A DNA stretch of 61,604 bases, the filler included, from Choristocarpus tenellus KU-1152 (Eukaryota; Protista; Phaeophyceae): assembly GCA_964200185.2 (NCBI GenBank). It is 10 parts of 10 records of this genome, joined end to end, with 100 filler letters (N's around TTAATTAATTAA, not from the genome) between each part and the next. Parts side by side here need not be neighbours in the genome. Positions count along the whole stretch, not along the records: positions 1 to 5,134 come from CAXNAD020011763.1; positions 5,235 to 9,790 come from CAXNAD020014014.1; positions 9,891 to 25,275 come from CAXNAD020001009.1; 7 more parts are not named here. One strand, written 5' to 3'. Both the position numbers and the translations under genes were made by a program. Shown here in pieces: positions 1 to 12,800 of this stretch; positions within the stretch are counted from its first letter, which is position 1; every line of letters starts with the position of its first letter. A model generated the notes under the pieces. That model ran no database searches and was not told the DNA's origin. It saw only the letters and a list, made by a program, of their open reading frames with translations.

Positions 1-21
1 CCCCCCCAGATATTTTGACCC
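1..21 (-). mobile_element. TIR end of GRG-terminus (Sola2-like) poly-G/hairpin element, cut by window start
   Basis: CCCCCCCAGATATTTTGACCC is the reverse complement of GGGTCAAAATATCTGGGGGGG, matching the TIR at 59833 and 50658 with one mismatch. Confidence 0.7.
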
Positions 22-241
22 TGGACTACTCGTGAACTCATTTCTAGATTAACACTCGTGGTCTAGTGTTGTAGAGCTCTAGTTTATGAGGGATTTGAGG
101 TTTAGTCCTTACACATGGTAGAAATAAGTGGCGTTGTGCTGACATTGTGTAGTACCAACGTTGCATTGTGTCTGGTACGCTGCTCAAAGACCAAGTTGTA
201 CTTTAGTCCCAAACAGCATTGCCCTCTAATGCGTTCCACAG

Positions 242-3200
242 GGAGATGGATATACGAGCTCAAAGTGCAGGTCCGTGGAGCTCTCGTCACTGACACCCTC
301 GTCAGGAGCGATTGAGGATCCTGATAATTTTCCGCTAGAGGTGGAAATCCAGGTGCGAGTATAGAACTCTAGCGATGAACGCAATACATGCGTATGTGAG
401 TACTCCATAGGGTATCACATACCACCGACCAGGCTGACACAGATGGGTGTGAGGACCATTCCTTCTAGTGCTGCGTGTATTGACTCTCAGCTAGATATGG
501 TTCGACCCTCAAACATTTTGTACATCTTCATAACATTCAACAGTTCAAATGAGAGCAAATGGCAAACTGGACCAGGAACTGCTCCAAGAACCATACCACT
601 TTATATGATACCACAGTCCTTTTAGCGTGGCTTACTTGAGAGGGGTGGAGATGGCCTGGAATGATCAGGGGGCGGGAGCCAAGGTGGTGGTGTGTAGTGG
701 GTACCGTCTAGTTCTGGACTCAGAATATTCAAGTTCCTTAGTGTTTTTTACTGGTCTCAGCATTTATAGTAGTCACTTGATGTCCGCACAACAAGGGTTT
801 AAGCTTTCATCAGATGATGGCTGGTGCGGTGGTGTTTTCAAAACCAAATACACTTGAGACGTGAACGATAAATTGATTTATTTGCTAGTGGAGTAATTTG
901 AACCTTCGCACTACTTTTTTGTCTTGCAGGTCATTTGGCTCCTCAGCAGGGAGGATATTTTAGGAGCTGAGGACACAGTCGCCTTGTGAGTGCAAGGTCT
1001 CTTACGTGGGGTATTCTAAGAGTACACATCCTTTGGAAGCCGGGTGGGGATGGTGATGCAAATTTAAGGAGTGTATCAGTCGTACTTTATTCTGCGACTC
1101 TTCCACTCACAAGCAATACATATTTTGATGCAGTGAATTGATCAAGCATTTTCTCGAACAAGCCAAATGTAGTTATCCCTACTTTGTTGCAATTGCCTGA
1201 TAACCTCATTGATACTTAACAACAGGAATACCATTGTCATGTTCATAACGGATCTATCCAAGGAAGGAAATGATCGACCTTTGAGTGAATTTGGGTTGTT
1301 GCAGTATGATAGAGTGTCAGCAGGCGCCACTGATGCAGTTATCACAACCAACAGACTGGTGAGGACACACTTGTGCAAGAGCATTTAGTGAGATTATACA
1401 AATCTGTTGGCTAATGCCGTTTCTTTTTTGTTTTTGTTTTATAGTGGATTATGCAAAAGGTGGAATTATTCTTGAGGAACTTGGTTGCAGTCTATCAAAT
1501 ACCCCCAACTCCTCATACACCTACACACCCCAATACTTGATATTCTTTCTCCTGATTATTTTTCCTACATAATTTATACAATTGGAAAATTGATGTTTTG
1601 TATTGGAAAGGATTGTACAGTATGAGGACAACACCACAGTGGTGTCTTGTTGCGCAATAGAAAATGTTTTGGGAGACGTGATCTTGGAGGGTAATATTCC
1701 AAGCGCACACCACCCAAGCATATAGCAGTAACTTATGCTCAGCAGGCACCTAACAACGTGACTCTCTTGATCCCCCAGTGGGCTGTTGTAAAGCAAAAAT
1801 ATCGCAGTCTTTGGAAAGTAAACTTTAGTGTGAGAGAGAGGTTGGGTGAACATGGTTGCACTGTTGCTGGGTGGGTTTTGAGACTCTGTCACCTACAGGA
1901 CCACCAGGCAATAAGGGTGCAACTGGAGATATATACAATTCTTCGCAACCTAGTATGCACTTTTTTTGACGCACATATTTGAGATATCTCTTTCTTTCAT
2001 GTGCTGAGCCAACGAGCCGTTGACAGCCCACAGGAATAATAATTTGAATCCTTTCGCTGCGTTTCTTTCCCATTGTCGGTTCTTCCTCCCAGACAACCAA
2101 GATAACACAGTTTAAGGATCTGGGAGGAGCAACAACATTATTATATTCTGCAAATACGCATAACGCTTTTTCTTCTGATGTGAGAGTATTTCATTTTGAT
2201 TTTTCAAGAAGAACTATCTGTGGATTCCATTCGTTTTCCACAAACTGCAGCATTACCAATAACTTTGAGTACTGTATCAGATGGCCTCTGCTTATGTGAC
2301 CTTCCATCAATGCTCTGATCTTGCGTGGTATCTAATATGATCGAGAATGAGTGGGTTCTAATGTAGCCCAAACTTCGGGGGGGGGGTGGTTATTGAGCCC
2401 ATGTTAATGGTTTGATAGTGCTAAATTGGAATATCCTCCATCACTGTTGGTGCTTATCCTTTGGATTGCATCGACCCTGATAGATGTTATCTATTTCTTT
2501 CGCCAACGGCCTGTGGTTCACTCAATTTTTCGTTTTTGAAGAGCTGCTAGTCACAGCTCCCTGTCTGATGACTCCAGATAATAATGTAGGGTCTTGTATG
2601 TGTTCGTTCAATATCTTTTACTTTAAAGCATACACTCACGTATCCGATTAGTCCATTTCCCCTTTAGACACAACAATAACCTTGAGAGTGGTGTCAGTCC
2701 CTGTCCACGCAATATTGTGTCTCCAATTCCGTGTACTGAAACTCGCCACAACTTCCTACACATCCCGACAACTTGCGCATCAGCTAACATTTGAAGCAGT
2801 GTACGAGGGTCCAACCTTGGCGACTCTAATATTAATCTTATCAGAGAAGGAGTTGTCATTCTTGAGTGTCGAAGAAGTGGATCCCTTGGACATGGCAACC
2901 ATCATCGGCTCAATAGGAGGATTTTGGCGTGAGTGTCTGCCTCGTTCGTTCCTGGAATATGTTTTGAGCTTTCTGTCTGAATCTATAAGTTCACTAATTA
3001 TCATGACAGTTTTTGGTGCGCTGTGCAAATTTTCTTGCGATTTCCAGCAACCTATCGTGCCTGAAGAGCGGGCAGAAAATCACCACCTAATTTTTCTCTT
3101 TGAATGGTGTTACACAACAAGACACTCCAAACATTAAACTAAAACACCTCTTCACATGGAAGTTAAGGATACACACACATCATAGAAGTATGCAATAGGA

Positions 3201-3447
3201 CCACCGACAAACCAGCTAACCCTAATTCTGTTCTCTTTCACCCTGGACAACGTGCCCAGAGTATGTTGTCACTGTATGGGGTATATTTTTTATCTTGCAG
3301 AACAGTAACGTGAGGACTGCTCGTAGCTTTGGGAAGCTTGACAACTGTATGAGAAAGCTTGATGGTCGTGTTGATGAGGGAGACGTGGAAATCCCATCAA
3401 GGAGTGTGGATCGTGCTGCTAGGTCATTGAGTCAGTCAAGAGTTTCG
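242..3447 (+). CDS. 3' part of a multi-exon membrane protein gene with a DEG/ENaC-like TM2 region
   Basis: AG/GT-bounded exons 242-352, 930-985, 2668-2928 and 3260-3447 (or reading to the stop at 3516). Exons 2668-2928 and 3260-3447 join in phase to give ..LSFLSVEEVDPLDMATIIGSIGGFWQYVVTVWGIFFILQNSNVRTARSFGK... An exon between 985 and 2668 is needed for phase and was not identified. Confidence 0.55.
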
Positions 3448-5044
3448 GTAAGAAGACATTTTTTCTGCGGTGTATTCTTCAGCTTGAAGTTTTCATCATT
3501 ATTTGTCAAACCTTAAGTCAAGAAAGGATTAGATAAACATAAATTTAGCACTGAATTTTTTTCCATTGTTTTTTGATAAAATTATCTTTCAGTATTTTTT
3601 TGTCGATTTGGGACTATGTCCTGTTTTGCCGTTGAAGAATTTTTCGCAGTGTTTCTCTTCTGGGCTTCATTTTTTTTTTAGTTCAGTGTGTAAATTAGGG
3701 TTTAGATTTAGTTTGAGGTACGATATGACTAAGACTTGAAACTATTGTGTTAGTACATGAGGAATTCATTGTATCGTTAGGGGTAAACATATAGCGATAT
3801 ACCTCTCCTTCAACCTCAGATATCTTACTGGGCAAAAGTCAGAAATTTTCCAGATAAGTGGTTGGGCCACCCATTAAACACCCTCAATTTTAAACCCTGC
3901 TTGAGGTTGTGCTCATCAGCTGTTCAGTTGTGCTTTGACAACTAGCTCAATTTGCCTTGAACACACTATAAAATTGAAACTTCACTGATACAACTTTGGA
4001 CGCTGAAGGATAATGAGCACAATCTTCATGTGAATGATCTGAAGCTGTTGCTTGTTACTTCTAGAAGTAGTAGTGCAGAGTGCTCCAGAGATACGTACTG
4101 TTATGTAATGCCCACTGATGTTTTTGATGTGTTATGGGGGAGAACGAATTACTTCGAAGTAATTGTTGAAGTAATTGTTGAAGGTAACACAATGGACACG
4201 AAAGCATAGTCTCTGTGTGTATTGATTTCAACAATGGCCCTTCGAAATAACTAATTTTTCCCACCTATAATGTCTGATTAGACAAAGTTTGTTTGATGAA
4301 GGATTATAACAGCAGTTAATGTTTTTAATTCTTCGTTTCTCATCTGGAGATCTACACATTTTTTTCTTATCAGTATAGAGGTTTTCAAAAAAAGCGTGAA
4401 AGAAAAATGGAAAGTAAAATGTGGGTGGTTGATAAGTCTATCCTTTTCAGCAATATTTTTGGTAGGGTATAATCTGGACCCAAGTTAACATTTATGTGGA
4501 ATTTGTTGTTGCCATTGTACTCAAACCTTTTCCTTTCCCAATGTATACTTTGTACTTTTTGCATAAACTGAAGAATAAGGTTTGCAGGTGTCAACCTCAA
4601 TATAATTCAGACCTATTCTACGTGGAAGTACAGTAGTTTATTTTCTTCTTCTGTCTCTTTGAGGTTCTTACAATAGCCCTGACGGCGTTTGCTGTCTGGG
4701 TAGCTTGCACATTAGATCTGAAGGTGTTTTTTCATTGCCAATGTGGTGTTCCTCCCCCATTCGACTTTTGCGGTTGGTTTTGAGTGTGTTTGTAGAGTGT
4801 CCTGACCTAGACCACAGTTACTCTTTGAGGAGGTATGGGTTGAACCTATGCTTCAAACCAGGTACAGCCTGAACGGGCTTTTTTTTGTGAGAATGTGATG
4901 TTGATGGACGTGGAGCACTAGAGCTGATACGGCAATTTTCAGGGGTTTTCCTTGAGAGAATTTCCTGGACTGCAGCGTCAGGATGTCCTGTTTTTTGTTT
5001 TGTTTTTTCTTTGATGAATTAACAATGGGTATAGGAGAAATATT

Positions 5045-5134
5045 ATGAGTGGCTGGGATGCGAACTGTGCTCCCAGAAAATGTTATTTCTTCTCTATCCC
5101 AATCCAACTTCGCTCCAAAAGCAGCCATGATACT
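5045..5134 (-). pseudogene. Ty3/gypsy retrotransposon aspartic-protease C-terminal remnant
   Basis: IMAAFGAKLDWDREEITFSGSTVRIPATH resembles the end of retropepsin domains (..LG.D.M...GA.LDW....I.F). It is truncated by the linker and decays into A-rich sequence. Confidence 0.5.
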
Positions 5135-5234
5135 NNNNNNNNNNNNNNNNNNNNNNNNNNNNNNNNNNNNNNNNNNNNTTAATTAATTAANNNNNNNNNN
5201 NNNNNNNNNNNNNNNNNNNNNNNNNNNNNNNNNN
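5135..5234. other. Artificial contig linker N44-TTAATTAATTAA-N44
   Basis: Identical 100-nt six-frame-stop spacer, also at 9791-9890, 25276-25375, 31558-31657, 35913-36012, 40595-40694, 47069-47168, 50732-50831 and 56280-56379. Confidence 0.98.
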
Positions 5235-5302
5235 AAATCGTTGCGTAAAAAAATTGACCCCAAACGGACACTCCCCCCCCCCCCCCCCCTCCCCCCAGAT
5301 AC
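5235..5302 (-). mobile_element. Partial poly-G TIR element end (GRG family variant)
   Basis: Reverse complement reads GTATCT-G(n)-GTGTCCGTTTGGGG, the same architecture as the hairpin arms at 59840 and 50665. Confidence 0.55.
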
Positions 5303-5396
5303 CTCGAGGTACTGGTCCCTGCCTCTCCCCTACTCTTTGGCCAGTGAAAGAAAAGGACTGAGGAGTCAATTTCACCCTGTGACACCGTATGCAGAA

Positions 5397-5659
5397 GAGT
5401 CAAAGATCTGAGAGGGTAGAGCTGCGTTCATTTGGGAGCCAAAATCCGACGTTGCAATTTTGATGCAATTTGGCTATCATGTTTGTCAGGAGATGTCCAT
5501 ATCCTTGTTCCGGATACACCTTTTCCTAACGTAAACATTTTACCTACTCCGAAACATTTTGGAATAGGTAAAATGTCATGAAAAAAAATCTCCGTGGGAA
5601 GCCAAGTCCCAAATGGACAAACAGGGAAAAAACCCGTACCCTCGAAGATACTTTCACTC
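5397..5659. mobile_element. ~260-bp MITE (family A), copy with 4-bp TSD AGAA
   Basis: Termini GAGTCAAAGATCTGAGAGGGTAG ... GTACCCTCGAAGATACTTTCACTC, flanked by AGAA at 5393-5396 and 5660-5663, with an internal CCTACTCC..GGAATAGG hairpin. Confidence 0.85.
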
Positions 5660-5978
5660 AGAAGAAGTATCGTAGCAGTTCGACTGGCAATTCTAATAAC
5701 CTGTTACATCACAGTTGGACAACATTCCACACACGTCATCATTTGATGCCCCTCTTTGTTAGGCGCTGCAGCGGTCCTATTGTGCAACCAAGTACTGATC
5801 ACTCACCATCATTAAAAGGTGCGTGGTACGATTTGGGACTGCATCAAGTCCCTCAATTATACAGGCTCTCCATTGCATACCAGTACGAAACGAGCACAGG
5901 GGAAAGTGAGCTGACGAAGTGCTGCTTACTTGGAAGTATATTTCTTCCTATTCATTTTTTTTTTCGCACCGTCCATAC

Positions 5979-8900
5979 CTGACCGAGGCTAACCACGATT
6001 GGCTGGAGAGACTGGTGCTGGCGTGCTGTCTGAAGTGCCTGGTAGTAGGAGCAAAGGCGATGAACGGAAATGAGGGACTGATTCTGAAGGGCAAACGTTC
6101 ACAGTAGTCAGGAGCAGAGTTAAGAATTAGGAACTACGCTAGGCTGTACATGGAGATTGGGGCCAAGATGAAACTTTGTGGAGTTCGGTGATTGAGGAGT
6201 GATGTGGAGTAAGTTAGGTAGGGGGGAGCAAGGGAGAGGGGGAGGTATACATTTCTAAGGATGAGAGAGCAGATACTTCTCACATCTTCGGTTCAGTTCT
6301 CTCTGACTCTCTGCCATCCCCTTCCGAGACAGTCCCAAGGAACCTATATTTATTTATTTTTACCTGCTTTAGAACTCAAAAACCTAAGGTATTTTTCTAA
6401 AGGTGGACAAAAAAAAAGTATTGAAAGCAATCATACATAAAAGGGTCCCCTTTCGCCTTCCATCCTCTCTGTTCACGGTTCCTTTCTTTTTTTTTACAGA
6501 ATAGGGGGAAATACTTACTTGAATCATTGCTTCAAGGAGTCGCTTTTTGTCCTTTCTATATCTAGGCGGATGCTTGCCAAACGTACTGGAGCACCAGGAC
6601 TAGCGACACCTAACTGCGCAATTATCAGACACTCAAGCCAACACCCAACAGATCTAGGATTAGGGTTAGGGATAGATAGGATTAGGGGCGGTGTCAGGGC
6701 CTTTTGGAGAGACTGATTATCGAAAGGGTATATGCATAGAGGTCAAGTTGGGGTTCTCTACACTGATCTGCGACAGGTTTATCCTTTTTTTAAAGTTGAA
6801 CATTAGTTGCCATACTGCACCTCTTTCAGTTCCATCTCTTCCTTCTCCCTCCGAGCCAGCTCAGCTAGCGCCTCCTTGAGCTGGGTGTGACACTTGGCGC
6901 AGCTGCTGTTTTCACATTTATCCATTGCCTCACTGCCCTTACCCCCACCCTCACTGGCTCCCGTGCCATGCAGCTTCTCTGCACTCATGCCCATCCCATT
7001 GTCGACTTCCCTGCATTTCTTAGTGAGGCGTTTCAACTGGTCAGCATCAAAAGCAGTAGGTACCAAGGGATAGGTACCAAGAAAAGGGTGTTGATGCTCT
7101 CTCTCCTTATTTTCCAATGTGGAGTGCTTCTACTCACTGCTCCGGAGTATTGAGTGAAAGTATCTTAGAGGGTACAAGTTTTGCCCTGTTTGTCTATTTG
7201 GGGCTTGGCTTCCATCAGGGTTTTTATGAAATTTTCCTACTCCAAAACATTTCTGAGTAGGTAAAATGTATGCGTTATGAAAAGGTGTGTCTGGAACAAG
7301 GTTATTGACACTTCCTAACAAAAATGTAGCCAAAATTACATCGAAATTGCAACACTGGATTTTGGCCCCCAAATGGACACAGCTCTACCCTCTAAAATAT
7401 TTGGCTCATTTGTTAGTCCCTGGCCCGTAATCCCTTCTCACTTTAGTGAAATATAATCTATACTATCCATATCTATGCCGACCTCACACTACAAAACATT
7501 TGTTATCAAGTGCTACTCCACCTACATACTGTACTGCAAAGGGGCATCCAGTACACAACCCCTGTCAGGGATGCTCATCACCAAAAATCACCACTGGCTC
7601 CATGGTTGAAACATGCACCAAGTAAAAACATATTTTTTGGGGGGTGGCTTAATCTCACAGCACACTGAATCGTGTGATGCCACTCCTCAGGCGCCTGACA
7701 CCTCGTATACAATCTGGCTTCTTACGGAAGATTGTGTCAACTACATTAGATCGAAACGTACATTTTTTTCTGACAGCTCATCCCAAGGAGAAAGGACCTC
7801 CTGCGGTGATCATCCCTGTACTGCTGCTATGTTGCAGATGCTGGTCTGTTCATTGCAACAACCTACACACACCTTCCCCCTCGAAATTGAATATGTTGCC
7901 AACACCGTTAGTCAAAGTAGACAACTGAGAGTACCCTGCAGCATTTGTTCCAGCGATCAGAATCGATTCGATTCTTCCACAATATGAACCGCCCGATTAT
8001 GAATCACTACATTAACTATAGAGCTTGTTCACTGTGAAGGTTCATTTAGATGTGAGGGGAGGGTCTTTATACCACAGTTCCTAGTGAGTATAAGATTGCA
8101 ATGTTCGATTTCGTAAGGTAGGAAAGTGTAATCAGGTGATACTCAACAATTGTGGAGTGCTTGAAGAATCGAGGAGAGGAAGGGGTAAATATATTCAAAG
8201 GGGGATAGACCCAAACCATTTAAGAGGGTAGGAATTTTTGACCTGCTTGTCTGTTTGGGGCTTGACTTCCCACGTTTTTTTGTGCCCTTTTCCGGTTTTC
8301 TACGTGAATACAGATACCTTAAAGGTATATGACTGTGAGGATATGTCCAGAGCAAGAATATTGACACTTGATCTCAAACAAAATAAACAATATTAATCAA
8401 AATCGCGTTTATGATCCCGAACAGACACGGCCCTACCCTCTTCAATGCTTTGACTCATAGATATTGATTTTCCTCACAGCAATACTAGGCATGCCGTCCT
8501 TTCATTGCTATAAAATAATCCTCTCCTGGGTGGCTACTTCCATACCTCTGTTGTGCCACTGTCTTTTCCTTAACATCCTCCACAACCTCCAATGCACGTT
8601 TCAATTCCTGTCTGGCCTCCACCAGGAGCCGCTCTGCCTCTCTCTGTGCTATCTCTGCCTCTCTCTTATCCAGTTGGGCTATCTCTGTCAGGGAAACCTG
8701 TGCATTGTATCTCCTTTCCCAGGTTGATGCTGTGTCATATTTTGGATAGGCAGTCACCCAGTAGAGGATGTTGGTATGATGGGAGTGGATCGCTTCACTG
8801 TTCAATGTGTTTTTCTAATCAACGATAACCTCCTTTGCGATCCCCTCGGTATTTTTTTGTTACAGAACCACAAATAAATTTCCGGGACATATCCTTCCAT

Positions 8901-9790
8901 TTCCTCTTTGCATACAAACTGCTCTGCATGGAAAGAAAGAGGACTTATTGCGGTACAATGAGCTCTATATAGCAGGTTCTAAGCAGATGTTACTGATGAA
9001 ATATGTGAATAACGCTCTTCCACCAGCATTCTCTGACAACAGGTATGAATTTTGATGTTGTGCATTTGGCAGCCTTGGTTCTGGTGTTGGTCAATCTTGC
9101 AGGCAGAAAAATATTCCTGGACGTTCACACAATCGGTTGTAGATACACTTGAAAAGTGTGAGGTGGTCAGTGACTATGGTAATGAGAAAGAAGTACCTTG
9201 ATAAATTGTGGTCCTGGATCAGTCAATGGGCCAAAGTATCTTAGAAGGTAGGGCCACGTCCATTTGGGGGCCAAAATCCAATGTTGCGATTTGGATGTAA
9301 TTTTGGCTATCGTGTTTGTTAGAAAGTGTCAATATCTTTGTTCCAAATGCCCCTTTTCATATACATATATATTTTACCTGCTCTGAAACTTTTGGAGTAG
9401 GAAAATGCCATAAAAAGAACATGGGAAGCCAACCACCAAATGGAAAAACAGGGCAAAACTTGTACCCTCTAAGATCCTTTCACTCTTTTTAAAATTCAAG
9501 CTTTGTAGTTGCAGATACCCTTCTATTGACAATGTTCCCCAATAATGAACGTGCAAGCAGATAGCGATATTAGTTCATCTTCCATCCCTGTGATAGCTCC
9601 CCCTCTGTGCAACCTTACGTCTGCCACATATGAGTACTCACCACTAGCTTCAGCACCTCCCACGTGCCAGTCACCTCTGTTGGACTCAATTTGATTGCCC
9701 TGGACAGCAAGTAGCTGTGTGAGAGTTGTCCCCCTACCAACCCTTTCACCTGTACCCCCCCCCCACCCAGTAACTTCCCTCCCACTTCCC
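5979..9790 (-). CDS. Internal fragment of a multi-exon coiled-coil protein gene
   Basis: Candidate exons 9642-9790 (GTGAGT donor, phase 1), 8546-8729 (STWERRYNAQVSLTEIAQLDKREAEIAQREAERLLVEARQELKR), 6821-7036 (..CAKCHTQLKEALAELARREKEEMELKE) and 5979-6038. The phase between the second and third exons is not resolved. Confidence 0.45.
7152..7407. mobile_element. MITE family A copy, opposite orientation to the 5397 copy
   Basis: GAGTGAAAGTATCTTAGAGGGTAC ... CTACCCTCTAAAATATTTGGCTC, colinear with the reverse complement of 5397-5659. Confidence 0.85.
8210..8456. mobile_element. Degenerate MITE family A copy
   Basis: TAAGAGGGTAGG..TGTCTGTTTGGGGCTTGACTTCCCACG..ATATTGACAC..CTACCCTCTTCAATGCTTTGACTC. 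Confidence 0.65.
9228..9485. mobile_element. MITE family A copy
   Basis: GGGCCAAAGTATCTTAGAAGGTAG ... GTACCCTCTAAGATCCTTTCACTC. No matching TSD remains. Confidence 0.85.
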
Positions 9791-9890
9791 NNNNNNNNNN
9801 NNNNNNNNNNNNNNNNNNNNNNNNNNNNNNNNNNTTAATTAATTAANNNNNNNNNNNNNNNNNNNNNNNNNNNNNNNNNNNNNNNNNNNN

Positions 9891-12800
9891 CTCATCCTCC
9901 CCCTCTTCCCCTCCCTCTTTGGGATCCCCTTCCATGGCATTATCTTGTGTCTCTTCCCCCCCTCCCCCCCCACCCTCCACTGCTCCATTGGCACCCTCTG
10001 TGTCCATGGGCAGCAGGCCATTTTCCTCCTGCTTGGATGATGTCCCCCCTTCCCCTTTGGCTAATTCTGCCTTGATAGCCTAGAAACAAGTTGTGAACAA
10101 ACTTAGTACCTTTTAGATTGCCGTTTAGTTCAGATTAGAATTTAGAAGGTAGTTTGTAGTAATAATATACACTCGTACAAAACACTCTCAATCAATTACC
10201 ATAATATGGGAATAGGGTTAGGTCATTGTTAAAACAAAGCCATGGCAAAGCACATACTAAACATAGCAAGAGCCGACTGCCAAGGAGATGGGTTCAAAAG
10301 TCCGTAAGGCTTACCAGGGTTTGAAGCAGGACATAAATTGACTAAGTCCAAAGACCTTCCATCATTTCATACCATACTAGAACAGTGACAGCCTAAGTAG
10401 GGCGAAAGTGTGTATCTCATTTGTACCAGTACTGCTAACCAGGGCATACATAACACCATAGATATATTGGGGAAGTGGTATCATGTTTGGTATCATGTGA
10501 CAAGGTTTACACACCACAATGGAAGGCCACTACATTCAACATACTTCTACTCACTCAATCTACTTCCAAGACAACCCAGATTCACTTCAAGATAAGAGTA
10601 CTTGTTATATTTCTCTTCCACTATGACCCACCTCCGCTTGTGCCTGACTGAACTCATTATGGTCCGCCTCAACCACAACCAAATGCTTGGCATCATCCGG
10701 AAGCAGTGCAATCTGTCTTGGGGTGTACCTGCCAAAACAGGTTAATTCACAAGTTTTATAAAGGTAGGTCATCAATATGTATATATATATACTAATGTGA
10801 CTATCAACAGCTATGCCAAAGAATTTCTTGGAATCAATTAGCATCCTACCCTAACCCAATCCCCATAATAATACAGTAGTGAGAAATTTCTCACAGCGAA
10901 GTATTAATTTCTTGAAAAATAAATGTAACTCTTCACTAGATTATAAGACCCACTTTATACAGACAAGAACAAATTGTGACATGTATGCTTGTAACGGGCA
11001 AGATTGATAATGCTATTACACTTTATCTCAAATGGACTACAATAAAAAAGAAAAAAGAAAAGATTATCCTCCCACAACTCCTATTAACAATAATTCTCAA
11101 TCTGATCAAGTTGTGTTGAAGTATTGAATCATCGATCATCAATCATACATCAATCATCATACATCATACAACACCAAATCTCCGACCTTGATCACTCTTT
11201 ATTCATTCCAGAGGCCTCCCCTAAATAGATTACATAGGATACCATAGTAAGCTTCTGCGTAGCTTTGTCAAGACCCCTTCATGCATGCCATGCCCACACA
11301 CACCTTAGTGGCAAGACAGACTGGTTAAACATCTCTCCCAGGCGCTCCAGTCCAAAGATGCGAAGCTTCTTCTCCGATACGGCCACCACTCCCTCTGGAC
11401 ACATCTCAGTTGAAAATTCAGCTGCATAATCCAAGGGCTCATAGCTAAGAGGAATCATGTGGTACCTCCCCTGGTAGTTGTAGGACAGCCATGATCTAGA
11501 CGAAAGAGCCAGCACCTACATCAATGACAACAAGGAGTATCATGTACTATCAGAAATATTTTTATGTTTTTAAAGTGCAAGAAAAGCCTCCTGATGTCTT
11601 GAGAGTAGTACAAATTGTGCAGGAAATAAGATGCGCTAAGAGTATCAGCATAGATCTCAAGTTCAAGAATCAAACAGTTCGCAGTAGAACCTTTGTCATG
11701 AACCTATGAGCCAACACCAACACCATCAACCTTTTTTTCCAGCGTCTCAGAATGACCAGTGTCAATGTCAATGTCAATGTCAATGTCAATGCCAATATCA
11801 ATATCAATATCAATGTCAATGTCAATGTCAATATCAATGTTAATGTCATTGTCAGTGTCAGCAGCATAGTCAACAATAAATGCAAGCGTTGTCCTCCCTC
11901 ACTCACCCCTCTCTTGCCCTGTACGTTTACCCTGAATAGCTTCACAGGCTTGGAGCCCAAGAATCGTGATCGAGCATCAGACAATGTGCCAGCTGTAGCA
12001 TCCACCGCTACCTAACAGTAACAGACCGTGACAGCACCATCACAACACACATGACAAACACATGGTTGGGGATGGGCACTGGTGTCCCAAGACCACAAGA
12101 ACTCCTCGATAGTTGTTCTTAGCAAGTTAACGTAAGAAACCTGAAGAGGAATATAAGTGGAACTGAACAGCATCTGGCAACAAGATACAAATAATACGCT
12201 CCTGAGTACAGGGTATACCCTTGCCGCTTCAAAAAAATAACTAGAGTTAGGGGTAATGTTCCCATAATATAATAGGATTAATAACATAATATCAGTAGTG
12301 TTTTGAACAATATTGAGGCTAGAGGTGCATCTATGACTTGGACTGTGTTCAAAATCTCACCCGCTGGCAAACCCCATTGCTGAGTCCAATGTACAGGAAG
12401 AGCTGTTGAGTGCTCCCACCTGCTGCCTGTTCTGCTGCCATCTCTACCAGGCACAGTGAATCAGCTGGCGCAGGGAGCTCCATGGTTGAAAGCTTGTGGA
12501 ACAGCACAGACAAGAATCAAATTATACACAAATCGCTAGTAGTAGTAGGTGTTATACTGACAGCACTATTACACTATGAACACTAGTACTAAAATATTCG
12601 TAAGTTACAGTTTGAGGAGTGGTGAACCAAAGAATATTATTACCACACCAAGAACAGGTGTTCTTCACCATCAATGTATACTAACACACTTCACAACCAC
12701 TTGTTCATCTTGAATATAGAGAGCACAGAGCATACTGTACTAGTCTATTAATCTGACAAACTGGATTATTCACACTTTGACACATACACACACATACCTA

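Noticed and set aside
5135-5234. Recurring TTAATTAATTAA palindrome as a biological motif
   Set aside because: It is always centred in exactly 44+44 Ns, so it is an artificial six-frame-stop linker. Adjacency across linkers has no meaning.
9700-9790. Continuation of SF3B3 across the linker (a GKW codon run on the minus strand)
   Set aside because: The expected WASCIR motif does not follow. It is a different contig and another frame fits the coiled-coil gene.
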